A stretch of 64,000 nucleotides of DNA, taken from the NCBI GenBank assembly GCA_051294375.1, contig CM119263.1, positions 15,055,574 through 15,119,573 on the forward strand, written 5' to 3'. The DNA comes from Paraspadella gotoi (taxonomy: Eukaryota; Animalia; Chaetognatha). This document shows positions 25,989 through 39,664 of the stretch, in pieces (positions within the stretch are counted from its first letter, which is position 1; each line of letters starts with the position of its first letter). A program made the translations under genes and the position numbers. The notes under the pieces were generated by a model. It was not told where the DNA came from and made no database searches. It saw nothing but the letters and a program-made list of their open reading frames with translations.

Positions 25989-28194
25989 CGTCAAAAATTT
26001 TTGTTCATCTCTCTCGAATTTTCGTCAATTCCATTTTGTCGTCGTTAATGAGGTCGTCGCTTTCATATCTGCTTATCTGCGTCGTCATTTCCTCTTCATG
26101 GTTGTCGTCGTCGTCATAGTCGTCGTCGTCGTCGTCGCTCGTTTCTTGTCTCAGGGTGACCGTCAAAAAAAGTCAGGGTCGAAAAGGCGTGGGTGACGCG
26201 GGAGCTAATGGACGGTTGAGGGGGCAGAGGGGGGCTAGTTGAAGGTGAGGGATGAGGGGTGAGGGGTGCTGGGGTGGCGGTGAGGTCAACAGAAGGTGAA
26301 TCGGATCGCAGATGAGATTTCGTTCGTCTTCGTTGATTCTTGAAAGAAGATCGAGGCGATAATGTTAAGAGAGAGAGAGAAGTAAAGAGGACGGACAATC
26401 TGGATCGAAGGAAATCGGACGGTCAACGTAGAAGAAAAACCAAATCTACTAGTTTCTTATGAGTTGAAAGTTTTCAGTTCATGTTTGATGGAAATTTGTA
26501 AAGTACTATGTACTTGGACGCCAAAAGACATATCGTTGAGGTTGACATGGTGAAGACACAACCGGGTATATTTAACTAGGACTCAGGTCTGTAAAGACTG
26601 CCTTAAAAGTCCGCACAGTGCGTACGGAAAGCGAAGAACTTTCGATCCAATGTCCAATCACCGCCGAATTTAAGCAGAGAGAAAGTCCCTTCGAAGGGAT
26701 TATGGACAAAGATTCGAAAGAGGAATTGGAAAGGCAGTCACGTGGGATGAAAGCGGAACGATCACGAGTTCAACATTATATGATGACCGAATTGCGAAAG
26801 GCTTTGTTCAAGTATCATCTTTAAGGATGTGACCCTTTTCGAGGTTAAGGGGAAAGACAAAGATTTTCTTCGATCCTCGTACGATCTTTTTTTTTTATTA
26901 CTTTCTTTCTCTTGTTATCATCATAAAAAAAGAAAATCTTCCTTTTTTTCCCCCTTTATTTCCTTTTACTTTCCCTTTCATGTCTCTTTTCTTCGCGACT
27001 TCACGCCCTTTTTTAGTTTCTCCTTTTTCTTCTTCCTATTATTTTCTTTTATTTTCTTTTTCTCTTCTTTTATCTCTTTTTTTTTTACTCGAACAAGTTT
27101 TATGACGTCATTCGCTCCCCTCCCCTTGCCCCTAACCAAAAAAAAAAAAAGGAAACTCGAGTCTTTTTCTCAGACTTGACAAAACCAATTTTCGGATGAC
27201 GAAAGATGACAAAGGAATCAAATCCCGAGAATCGGAAAAGAGGATTTGACGCGAGATGGCGAAAGGGCGACGAGGCAACTGAGGGATTCGTTTTTGCAGA
27301 GAGACGTTCACGAAATTTGTGATAATGTGATAACCGGACGCGAAGCGATTCTGCGGTGACCAGGATTCCATTTTTAATCGAGAGTTACGATGATTCGACG
27401 CTTATTTGTTTGGTTATTGCCTGTAACATTCATTTAGGGCGTAGTCGTCACAAATAGAAAGATATAATAACCGGTCAGGAAACTTTTTGGTGTCAGAGAC
27501 ATATGAGGGGTAATTAATTAGAAAACTCGTGAAAGGTAGTTGTTGAAAAAAAAGTTAAATTTTATCGTTACTAATTACCTAAAATTTGGCCTAAACCGAG
27601 CCACAAGTTGCCAATTAGGCCACAAGTTGCCAATTAGACAAAAAAATGGAGGGAATGAAGAGAAAAGATAGAGAAAAAAAGAAAAAAGTGTAGGAAGAGA
27701 AGAAAAAGAATAGAAAGAAAAATAAGGATGAATGAAAGTAGGAATTGCAAAAGAAGGGAGGGGGTAAGTCATCCCTTATTCAAGGCAGAACCGGAAGTCG
27801 GACGCGTCGCTTAAAAAAAACCAAAAAAAAAACGCGCCCTCCTATCGTCAGAAAAAAGAAAGACAACAACACACAAGGGAAAAAGAAACAAAAAAAAAAA
27901 AAAGACGTTAAAAGAAACAACGGGCATGGAGACGTTCAACACGACAAACTAAACAAAAACATTTACGGTGAAAGACTGGGGAAGAAAGAAGAAGAAGAAG
28001 AAGAAGAAGAAGAAGAAGAAGAAGAAGAAGAGGAGAGGAGCAGGAGAAAAGAAAAGAACGGGAGCAAAAAGGAGAGAAGGAGCGGAGAGGTTTTTCTGTT
28101 GTTGTTGACGAAGATGATAACCGAAGTTTACGAGCGAATCGGGGCCCCGCCTATTTCACGGGGCATTTGTCTTGCGGAAGGCGCCCATGCGAGC

Positions 28195-28278
<84 letters not shown>

Positions 28279-29144
28279 CAAGAGACGGAAAGAAAATGAG
28301 GAGAACGAGAGACGAGAGAGAGAGAGAGAGTGAAAAACGGCCGAAGAGAAAGCCTTTGTTTCTTGACGAAAAACGAGTACAAACTTTGAAAATTCTTACA
28401 ATGACGTGTAACTGGCCCGTCTTGAATATGAAAAGACGAAGAGAGAACGGGAGAGAACAAAGTAAAAGAGAGAGGGTGATAGAAAGTGAGAGAGAGAGAA
28501 AGAATCCTAAAGAACAGCGTCTCGTTATTATCATTTCCGACGGGAGGGTGGAAAGGGGGATCGTAACAGCGAGTGTTAACGATAGAGTAACTAATATGGG
28601 TCGGGATCAGCTGCGATCTTTACCGCGAAAACGAGGCCTTTTTTTTCTTTTCTGTCGGCGAAAAAAAAAAGTAATGAGTTTCGTTGGGCGAAAAATAACT
28701 GTAAACAGAAAAAACGAGGGGAGGAAAAGTTTGGAGCCGGATTCTCCCTTCCCGCCATCTATAGTTTTACCCAACGGAAACAAAAGGGCAGGAAAGGAAA
28801 ATATGAAAAAGGAGAAAAGGTAAAAAGGGAAAAAAAATGAAATAAAGAAAAGTATAAAGAGTAATGGTTCGAAACAAAAGAAGATTTCCTACGTTTTGTG
28901 TCGGGAAGTCGAATGAGTTTCGGAGAATTGTTCGCGAGAATTCCGAAGAGACGGGGGGGCGGGGATTAGGGAGGTGGATGATGTACAGGGGGGGTGGCAG
29001 GGTAAGAAGAGTTTTTAAAGGGATAATAACTAACGGGGGTGAGGTTGGAGAAGAAAGGCCGCTGGGATATGTTTATATTCATAGATATGACTTTTTCCTT
29101 TTCCTCCCATTATATTCTTTACGTCCTTTTATTTCTTTCTTTAA

Positions 29145-29235
<91 letters not shown>

Positions 29236-29808
29236 CGTGTTTTTTTTTCCTTCTCTTCCCCCTTTCTTATTCCTGTCGATCTTTAACGCCTTCCTGCTGT
29301 TTGCATCCAATTTCCATAAGTATGTAAAACAAAAAGAATTTCAAAATGGAAAATCGAGGGGCGAAAAAAAAAATGAAGGGGAGGAAACGCGTGATATGCG
29401 GAAAGAAAAAAAAACTGGAGAAATGGAAGATTCTGTTTAAATTATCTTTGGCGGCGGAAAAAAGTATGAGAAAATGAAAAATGGAAACGGTTTCGAGTCG
29501 GTCGCCGACGCCGCGCCGATCCGCGACCGGTTTCTTGACAAGTTTGAAACAAAAAATCGCAAAAATTAACTTTTATACATATAAACTAATGAGAATAGCT
29601 TCATGACTTATTCGTAAGCTTCCAGCTTCCGATCACCGTGAGACGACCACGAGAAAGACCATGAGAAAGAAAAAAGGCAAAAAGAATTAGAGACAAGCTG
29701 ATAAATTTAGATGCATCGCTCAGCAAGGAGCGTAGCGTACGTGTTTTGTTGGATTCTGATGCTGTTTATGCACAATTATGGCACACATACTAAACGNNNN
29801 NNNNNNNN

Positions 29809-29842
<34 letters not shown>

Positions 29843-32800
29843 CAAATCATGAGGTCACGCTGAGAGTTTTCCCTCCAGCTCTGCAGTGAAAATAACTCAC
29901 CTTGTGCCATAGCAAATCACAGAGAGAAACTGTCGAGTTTTCTTTCATGTCCTTTAAGGTTTTATCTCTCTCTTTTTCTCTTTCTCTCTTGTCTCTTGGC
30001 GTGTGCGAATCTGTCAGTTTATAATTTTTATCTCTCTTAATCATTTTGTATCTTTATGGTTTTCCTAGTTAACCAAGAGAATAAATAAAGAAAAGATATA
30101 TTTGCCAGTAGTAGAAGGGAGCCCTTAAGTAAAAATGGATTTGGTTAACGCCGAGAAAAAGTCGTTAAACGCCGCAAAGTCAACACGAATTAATCAGAGG
30201 AAGAAGAAGTGTTTGCAGTTTGCAGTGCAGTCGTTGCCAAAAGGAAAAAGGCGAGTACGAAATGAACAAAGATATTTATTCCTCGACATAAGATTACGTA
30301 ATTCAGAGTAAATATTCGGCATAATCTTATTAAAAACTATTTTTTAAAGTAGCGAATAATCGGTAAAAGAAAGAAGCCCTCGTAGCGAAAGCAAAAGGTA
30401 AGAAGATAAGACGAAATCGCGTTGCCGGAAAGTTAGGAGTCGCATGGGATTCGGCGTTGCGATAATTAATGTAGGAGCGAGGCCGCCTCCGCAGCCGATG
30501 CCGCCGCTGCCCTCCCCGACGCTGACGCTGCCGCCGCCGCCGCCGCCGCCACGGCGCCACCTCCGGCTAGACCGGCGAGTAGGCGTTTCACGGTTGATAG
30601 AGTGGAACGGTTGGTGGCGACATGGTTGGATAGGGCGAAGGATCGTGTGAGAAAGTGGGCTTGCAACAATCGCTCGAAACAAACAGCGCACGATAAGGTC
30701 ATAACAGAGATTGTGAGAAGTGTTGACGACTGGCGAGAAACTAGGAGAGGGAAGATGGTGAATAATCGACTCACGCACCGTAACTTTCGGCGAATCACGC
30801 GAAACGATCACGGCGATGATAGAATCACCGACGACTCACAGTCCGCGTTGCCTGGAAACGGCGTCGGGCGGAACCGGAAATTAGGTCAAAATCGAAGTCG
30901 GCGAATGGAGAGGGGAGGGGAAAGAGAAAGAGAGATTTGTTTGCGAGGGAGAAATGGAAATAATCAAGAAGAGATTTAGAGAGAAAAACACGAATCTGGA
31001 AAAGTGACTCGTTAAAAGTATGTATGAGTCTATTTCTACTTAATAAGTTTGTAGTTAAAAATAGGAAAAGTGCTAACTGAGCGATTGAATACCAAACATG
31101 CATGTGGTTGATCGTTTCGGAGATTTATAAGGCCTCGTTTTTGGGAGAATGAGTTATCATTCCGTAATTTATAAATCCCTGTATAATTTGTCAAAGACGT
31201 TTCGGAAAAAAAAACATCTTGTCTGTTGCCGCATCAGTTAAAATCAAGACATTATTGACACCTTTAAATTTCAGCTTTTTTTTGACTGTGTTACAGCGAC
31301 TAAAGCCTCCAAACACTGAACAGGGCTCGAGTCACTCCTAACCGAGGAGACCGAACAATCGGTGAAGGAGAGAAAGACGAAATGTGAAAACGTGAAAAGA
31401 GTTGGACGGTCGCCCGAGGAGGCGGGGAGGGGGGAGGGCTGACGGGAAGGAGAAGGGAGGAAAAGGAGGAGAAAGAGGTTGAGGCAGTAGAGACGGGACA
31501 AGGAGACAGGACAAGGAAGAGACAGGACAAGGAGACAGGACAAGGAGGAGAAAGAGGTTGAGGCTGTGGAGACAGGACAAGGAGGAGACAGGACAAGGAG
31601 CCAGGACAAGGAAGAGACAGGAAAAGGAGACAGGACAAGGAGGAGAAAGAGGGTGAGGTAGTGGAGAGGTAAGAATGAGCAAGAAACTGATGCGGCTTTA
31701 AAAATTCAGGGACGGGGATGAAAAAGAAGCTCAGTAGATAGAGTTAGACTCGTGAATGAAACTAATGAGATAAGAAAATTACAAAACAGCAAAATAATAA
31801 GCGTAGAAATTAGTAGAAGAAAATCACCAGTTCAATGCTCTCTCTCTCTCTCTCTCTCTCCGGATATATTTCCCTCCCGCGGAGTACGCTCCGCTTCCGG
31901 TCTCCACCGGAACGCCCACCCTCAATTCAGCGCTCCCGACTTCACTTCGACCGGCGCTCCGGATGTAGAATCTCGGCTGCGCGTCGCCGGAAAAACCGAC
32001 GCCGGGAAAATCCGGCGCCGAAAATTCAAATTAATGAAGGCCTAAATTGAATTGATTACAGGCAAAATAACCAAAGACAAAATAAGCCCCGTGCCCGAGA
32101 TTTCGAGCCCAGGGTCCCCGCGGCCAATTGTTTCGAGATCAGTCCGTAACTCTCGAAAATTTTAGAAAATGGGAAACCTGCGATGATTTCACCGAGGAAT
32201 CGCCTTTCCACGTGTCCGGTTAATCACTATATATCACCAAATTTCCCCACGTGAACGTCTCCTCTGCAAAAACGAATCCCTCCAAGTCTTTTGCCTCGTC
32301 CCCTTTCCGCCATTCCTCGGTCGAAATCCTCTGTTTCCGAATCTCGGGAATTTGATTTCCTTTGTCATTCTTTGCGTCAACCGAACTTTGAAATGGTTTT
32401 TGTTTCAACTAACGTGAGAAAAAAAGACTCGAGTTTCCCTTCATTTTTTCTAATTGAGTTAGGGGCAAGGGATGAGGGGATTGCGAATGACGTCATAAAA
32501 CTTGGTTCGGAGTAAAAAAAACATAAAGAGATTAAAGAACGAAGAAAAAGAAATAAAAGAAAATAAAGAGAAAATAATAGCAGAGAGAGAAGAAGAGAAA
32601 AAGAAAGAGAAACTAAAAAATAGGGCGCTGACAGTCGCGAAGCAAAAGAGGACATCTCGAAAATGGACAAAGGGGTTACAGAAGCGAAACTAAAGGGGCG
32701 ACAAAAAAGAAGGAAGGATTTTCTCTTTTTTTTATGATCGATAACAAGGAGAAATGAGAAGTTAATAACGAAAATTAAAAAATGGATCGTACGAAGCGAC

Positions 32801-34285
32801 TCGAAGAAAAATCTTTGTGCTCTTTCCCCTTAATCCTCAGAAGAAGAGGTACACAATTCCTTAAGATGATATCGATTGAACAAAGACCTTTGTCGCAAAT
32901 TCGTCATCATATAATGATTGACACTCCGCTGCATCGATTCCGCTTTCGATTCCCATACAAGTGACTGGCCTTTCCAATTCCTCTTTTCGGAATCTTTGTC
33001 CATAATTCCCTTTCGAAGGCGACTTCTCGCTCTGTGTGAATAATTCGCGCTGTGGTGATTGGACATTCGGATCGAAAGTGTCGCTTCGCTTTTCCGTCAC
33101 GAGCCGTCGCGGACATTTTCTTAGGCTAGTCGTGTTAGCAGAACTCTGATCTCTGTTAATATACCCGGTTTGTGTCTTCACCACTGTCAAACCATCAACG
33201 ATATGTCTTTTTTGGCGTCCAAGTTACATAGTACTTTACACAATTTCCATCAAAACATGAACTGAAAACTTTCAGAAACTACATGAAGGAAAAGGCTGTA
33301 TAGATTGGTTTTATCTTATACGTTGACCGTCCGATATTCCTTCGATCCACGTAAGGTTGTCCGTCCTCTCATTACTCCATCTCTCCATTCTCTCTTAACA
33401 TTATCGCCTCGATTCTCGATTTCGAATGGCAGACGAAGACGAACGAAATCTCTATCTGCGATCCCGATTCACCTTCTGTTACCTCCACCGCCCACCCCAG
33501 CACCCCTGACCACCCCTCAATCCTTCACCTTCAAACTTGAGCCCCCCTACTGCCCCCTCAAGACCGGTCCTATTATTACCCGGCGAAATCCCACAGCCTT
33601 TTCGCAACCCTGACTTTTTTTTGTACTGGTCGACCCTGGCGAGACCAAGAGAACGGAGAGCGAGCGACGGACGAGCGACGAACAATGGACGCGACGACGA
33701 CACACCATGGAAAGAGGGAATCGATTGACGCAGAATAGAAGCAGATATGAAAGCGACACCTCATTAACGACGACGAAATAAGGAATTGACCGAAATCGAT
33801 GGAGAAGCATGAACAAAAATTTTGTAGGGACGGAACGACGACGACGACCGACGACGGACGACGACGACGAGCGACGACGGACGACGACGACGGACTGTAC
33901 TTAGCAAGAAGAAACAGGTTTCTTCACGTGCCCGCCTCGAACCACTCGACAAGAGTAATAATGGTGAAAGGATGACTGACGACGTTTGTTAACGACTTCT
34001 AAGGAAATAAGAAGTAAATTAATAAAAGGTGAACGACATGAAGATGACCCCGACGGTCGAAATTCGTTACGGAAGGACAACGAACGAAGACGAAGACAAC
34101 GACGACGTGAATAACGTACCAGGACTTTGATAACGAAATAAACCCTTCGCAATTTATTAGCATATCATAAAAATAAAAGTTATGTACAATGTAACCTTGA
34201 TATTAAGCCAGTGCATTAGAAATAATAAGCAGCGCCGTCATGGAAGAATTCTCGTGTAATGGAAACAGTTTTTATTTTTAAATCT
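25640..34285. repeat. Inverted duplication: ~25640-27390 vs noisy reverse-complement copy ~32145-34285
   Basis: 26700 ttatggacaaagattcgaaagaggaattggaaagg vs 32969 cctttccaattcctcttttcggaatctttgtccataa; 27282 agggattcgtttttgcagag vs 32262 ctctgcaaaaacgaatccct. The second arm is insertion-rich. Confidence 0.9.
31462..31667. repeat. Compound purine-rich minisatellite
   Basis: 13-16 bp GAGACAGGACAAG units nested in an ~80-95 bp higher-order unit marked by aaggaggagaaagagg(t/g)tgagg. Confidence 0.9.
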
Positions 34286-36095
34286 GTAACGTAAATTAAA
34301 TAAAAAGGTATTTTTATTTTATAAAAAAAAAACGTAATGAACCAAAATCAACACTGATCATTTTTCCAATCGAGTGACTATAATTAATCGAACCTTCCTC
34401 AAGTGTTAATCAGAACATATGCCAAATGAGATTTAGTATCATAATAAATTAAACGAAATAATTCTGTCTCAAAGGAATTACTATCGACATCATTATTGGA
34501 TCTCTGACCGACTCGGACGGCACTCTTCCACGCGAAGACGGAGTCCCGAGGAGGGACCGAAACATGATCCGGAGAGACAGAGAGGGAACACGAGAGAGAG
34601 ACACCAAATTAGGCCAATTCTCAGTGGGTCAACTGATGAGATGCCGCTCAAAGATATCCGAATTTTGAGCCTCACTTTTGACACATCAACGGCAGGACGA
34701 GGCATGCGACGGCGAGACCTATACAGGGAACTCGTGCATGACTACAGATATAGATAACCGACTCGGGGATATGAGGAAAACCGACGCAGACATTCGTCAG
34801 AATTCCTCGCAGAACGATTCCGCTCGATAAGATATCTTAGTCATTCTCGTTCCGGAACAAAAACTGCCCTGGAACCAGTTCACCATGGGGCTAAGGGTTT
34901 TCTTATAACAGAGGGCCGGCGAATCTCTCGAACTCGCATACCGCTGGCTCTATCTCTTTGAGGATTGCTCGGCCTATGCGGATAGAAAGTTTCGCCCGGC
35001 CTCGAGTATAGCGGAAGAGAAAGAAGGGAAAAAGAAGACCTCAGAGTATTTATTGACTTATAGGCAGACCAACGCGTCTCGATGTATGACTGTCGCCGTG
35101 GACCCCGCGGAGTAGACCTGGACCGAAACGAAATCGATTGAGACTCCACGATATTTCGCAATGGATTCAATCAAATTATCAAACTTTCAGTTTCTTTCCT
35201 GAAGGGCCACTTCGACAAAGACTGGTCACATAAGACGAAACAAATATTATCTGAAGCCGTGAGATGACAGCCTTTGATGTCGCCGAACGGCTGCAGTACA
35301 GGAGATAACACATTCATTCCGAGGCTACTAGTCTAGCAACAAAACAAAAAGCAAGTATTTTTACTAAGAACGCTAGTATACGAAAGCTTACAGAGGACGA
35401 GGAAGAAAGATGTTGACGACGACAACGAGGTGCGGACGAGACCGAAAGATTACGACAGGTACGAAGGGTATCGAACGTACAATACGAAGGACGAGAGAGA
35501 GAAGACGGAAGCGCAAAACTAAAACAACCAAAGACGAGAACAAATATTGAGTGACAGAAAAAGAAACAAACAAGCGAAATTCTTATACGTTAGAGAGAAA
35601 AAAGACAGAGTTCGGAGACGAGAATCACATGTATGCTTCGTACAACAGACGACAGAGAGAAAGATGAACGCGAAAATAGGAGAGAATTCAGCGCGAAGAT
35701 GAACGACGAGATAGATAAGCATATGACAGAGTACGAATCGAAAAAGAAAGGATGAATGAGAAAAATGATAAGAAGNNNNNNNNNNNNNNNNNNNNNNNNN
35801 GCATGAAGAGGATTTTCGTTCCGTGACTCGAGGGCGAGAGGAAAAAAGGTGGGGGTGGGTGGCGGTAGTGGATGGGAGAGAGAAGAGAGAGAGAGAGAGA
35901 GAGGAGAGAGAAGAGAAGGAGAGACGAGATGAGAGGGAAGAGAGAGAGAGGAAAAAGGGTGGGGGTGGTGGTGGCGGTGTGGTGGATGGGAGGTGGCTGG
36001 AATAAACAAGGAGGAAAGGAATATGGGAGAAGTGAAGATAAGCATAATGAGAGAATGATGAATGGAGATAGAAAAGTGCCAAAGCGCGAGAGAGA

Positions 36096-36141
<46 letters not shown>

Positions 36142-36155
36142 CAAGAGAGACGAGG

Positions 36156-36187
<32 letters not shown>

Positions 36188-36447
36188 AGAGAGAGGAGGA
36201 TGTACGATCTGAGTGACAAGAAACTGCTCCGCGGTGAAGTTGATTAACTGATATGGCGTAGCGGGTGCGAGGGAGAGAGGAATGAAGAAGAAGGAAGGGG
36301 AGTAGATTTAAGTGTTAGAGCGAGCCAAGGCGGGGGGGGGTGCGGAGGAGGGGTGAAGCCTGGAAGCCCGAAGCGAAGAGTCGAGGGACTCTACGAATTC
36401 GAATTGATTTCGATCAAATTATAAAACTTCAGTTTCTTTCCAGGGAG

Positions 36448-36692
36448 TGTGGACCGCAACAAGTTTCAGAGTAAGAATGATTTTAATTCTTCACAACGTT
36501 ATAAACAATACAGTCAAAATGCTCAAGATTGCTAAGTCTATTACATGGGTATTTTACAAAGGTCAACGTTTTGACCATAAAGGTCAACGTTTTGACCATA
36601 AGTAAGTTGAGGGAGAATGATCGCGAAGTAAGTTTGGTAGGTCACTGTTGGTTTTGACCGAGGTTTGCCGGTTCTTTGATGTTCGTCCCACA
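36448..36692 (-). repeat. 3' LTR (~245 bp)
   Basis: Termini TGTGGAC...GTCCCACA (TG..CA with a short inverted repeat). Polypurine tract GGTGGGGGAAG on the minus strand (36703-36693) abuts the LTR. Confidence 0.85.
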
Positions 36693-37059
36693 CTTCCCCC
36701 ACCAAGCACTCTTCGACCGGGTGGGGAGAAGGCCTTGAAGAGTCCAGTTGAAATTCATCGTCGTTGTCCATCGTCATCTTCGGCGGCTGAGCACTGCGTC
36801 GAACGGATGCTTGATAAGACCAGGTATTGATGCAGCATTCTGTCGCAACGAGCGATTTGCGGCTCGGTGGAAACGCGTAGTGGCGCCGCTTCCCGTTCCG
36901 GATGTGGTGGCTGCGTGAGGGGCTTGCTAGTGGTAGACCGGGAGCGACCACGTTGTGTGTCGCGCTCTGCGGCGGATCGGGGGTGGTGCGTGAGTTCGTC
37001 ACGTGACGGCGGGATTCTTGACAATCGATGCGAGCGGAATAACTTCGTAGCGCCGCGGG

Positions 37060-38560
37060 CCCGGTATGTTCAATTTTGGCAAAGATTTTGGGCCACGTTC
37101 GAGGACGTTGTAAGGGCCGTCATAGGGCGGTTGAGCGGGTACGGATCAGAATGTCTGATCCATAAACGCGTTCGGACATGAGACCGGTTGACGTGTGCGT
37201 AGTGTTTTTCCGGGAGCATGAGAAGCTGCGCCGCATGCCAAGCGGCGGCAGAGGCTGCATATGAGAGCGACATCTTGCGCGGAGATCGTCGCGAGGATTC
37301 GCGACGCGAGCGGCGGCAGTCTCGATACTGGCGTCAGTTGTCTGGGTGAACCGGAAGTAGTCTCGCCAGGGAGCGTCAGCGTCTCCCCAGCGGTTTAATC
37401 GGCGGAGAGAGGCGTCCGTAGCTCTTATCGTGTGTTGCGCGGAGACTCAAGGAGAGTCCAAGGGAAGTTTGCGCCACCAGTTATTTCCGAGCCAGGCGTC
37501 GCAGCGGGGCACTCGTAGGCGCTTTCAGGCCGTCCGAGTGAAGGGGCTCGAACATCCCGTTGGCATTGGGGGATCTGGTAGGCTGTTCGGTCGTGGCAAG
37601 GGTCAAAGCCGACTACCGCCGCTCCACTTGCTGCCACAATTCGGACGTGAATTGGGGCCACGATTCCGGCTGTGTGCTAGGATCGTAGACGGGACGCCAA
37701 AACGCAGAAACCAGTTCGTTGGGCCTTTATACGATCCCAGACATAGTGCCGGCGGCGGACGGAAGTGTACGGCGCGAGATGTCGCCGAAAGTGGTCTGCG
37801 CTTTTCCGGCAGCGCGGACGTACCGCCCTCGTGAAGCGGTCAATCATCGTCAGAAGTTATGAGTGCATCGACAGAAGATCGACGGCTCCGGCAGCCCCGG
37901 CACCCAACCGCAATCGATATGAACATCTGACGCGAAACGTTATGGCTGGTGGTTCGAATTTTCTGCGAGTGCCACGGAGTGGCGCTGCGCGGAGCGTGCG
38001 CACGCGTTCTTCGTCAAGGACATGAAGCCCGTCGATGGTATACTGGCCATCGTCGACCTGTCGGATGAGGCTGATGGCCATACGAAAGGCGCGTCGTCAA
38101 CGAAGCTTTTTAGTTGGTACCGCGCGAACTCCCGCGGTCAGTGGCTGATGCGACTGGTGTGGCGTCGAAAACGCTACGCCGGCGTCCATGAACGCTTGGG
38201 AACAGTGGGCGGTGCTCCGGTGAGTCTGAATGTCGGCAGATGAGTGTCGTGTTGCCTGATTGCGAATGTTTTTTTGAGTCGTGTAGCGCCGTAGCTAGGG
38301 TCGTTGAGGATAGTGTCCGCTGGACATCGTCGTCGGTTGGCTTGATCAAGCGCCATTCCTCAAAGTTGATTGGAGGGCCCAGCGGCGGTTGACGCGTTGG
38401 CGGGATGTCCTCACAGAGCTCTTTTTGCGTCGGTTCAGTAGATCGCTTCAGCGTTGATCTGTAAGGGTTGTCGCCGGTTGGCAGGCGCTGACGGAGGAGT
38501 TGGCGGGCGGGAAAGAGGCCAACGGCGACGAGGACTGTTCGCCTATTCGGACGATATGCG
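37060..38560 (-). pseudogene. pol: Gypsy pol integrase region, frameshifted as assembled
   Basis: Motifs occur in canonical order across frames: RRSVFDA, FVWPS (HHCC region), VHID, LLTMIDRFTR (37856-37827), WFLRFGVPSTI, QFTSELW, NGM-E, GETLTLPGE and the GPY/F motif QPPYDGPYNVLERGPKS (~37132-37082). A degenerate VADALSR-like end of RNase H may lie near 38510-38540. Confidence 0.9.
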
Positions 38561-39468
38561 ATGTCGTGACCGGGATAATTACGGCGATGCTCCCGCTAGT
38601 TGGATAGGTTTTGCCTCACGTTCCACCATGCCGTCAGCCGAATCCATTGGCTCAGAGGCGGAACACCACTCATCACCAGGCGTAGTGTTCCATCCCCAAG
38701 TCGCCTAACGAGCTTCCCTGCTTGCGTTGGCAAAAGCGAGACCGATGCCTAGGGTACCGCGCAGTGGACTGGGAGGCGTATCACTGAGGGTCGGAAGCCC
38801 TCAACAGCCAACACCGTGAGATGCCCCATCCATCAGGCATCACAGCCAACCCGCTTGTTTGCTCATAATGGTGAGCCTAGCTCGTCGAACACCGCAACCG
38901 CTGCGCACCGTGCGGCCCACACGCTTACGTCGCTGTAGGGGTATGCCATAGTCACGCCTTATGCCCCTCTGTCCTCTGTTAACAGCTCCAGATCGCGCTC
39001 GCATCGCGCCTCGGCTCCCACTTACGTACTTCGCGGCAATGAGACTACAACCCATCCTCTCTCCAAGACACCTTCCCTCAGCACTCTTGAACGGCCATGT
39101 GGAGAAGTCTGGGGGGGATCCTGTGCAGCAAAGACTTAAAAGCTGGCTCACCCGCTGTCCGCTCCCTGCAGCCTCAGTCCTCAATGAGCCTGGAGCAGGC
39201 TAAATCATCTCATGTTCCAATCGTGCGTCCCGGGTTCCAATCCCTGGCGCGTATCCGCGGTTCTGGCTTAAATGTGGACGGTGCGGTATAAACATGCCAG
39301 TTGCACAGAGCACGGTCGTACGTCCACCTCTGAGGGTCCGCCAGCCCCTATGCCAGTTGGTGACTGGTATACCCCGGCGCCCCGGGCTATCACAGGAGTC
39401 TATCCTCCCGTTTGCCCATGGAGAAAATTTGAAAGTTTGAGCGAGATGGAGGCGAGCCTTTGATGCGA

Positions 39469-39500
<32 letters not shown>

Positions 39501-39664
39501 AAGAAAAAGACTTTCTAAAGCGCAAAGGCGAAAACCCATGACACCATAACGACTTCACGGTATTTCGACACCATAATCCAGAGAACAGCGGAGAGAGAAG
39601 ATAAGGACCCAAAGATAAGATGTTGGGACTTGACGAGACTTAAACCATTGCCTCGCTCTGTTGT

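Larger units (their letters stand above)
36448..39419 (-). mobile_element. Ty3/Gypsy LTR retrotransposon, CsRn1-like, 3' portion recognisable
   Basis: Absent from the empty-site copy at ~40800-40830. Flanked by GGAG (36444-36447 and 39420-39423). Contains an LTR, a PPT and integrase motifs. Confidence 0.88.

Noticed and set aside
25792-25990. Acidic C-terminus-like peptide VKILTTFVNDFVNDIEDDPDVEIVTEDNDEDEDNDDE* on the minus strand
   Set aside because: Built from (GAC/GAA)n repeats, closed by an upstream stop, and lacks a good acceptor.
30444-30650. Poly-Pro / poly-Ala ORFs
   Set aside because: They arise from a (CCG)n tract; no domain or splice support.
31462-31667. CRISPR-like array
   Set aside because: No unique spacers, no cas genes, eukaryotic context; it is a minisatellite.
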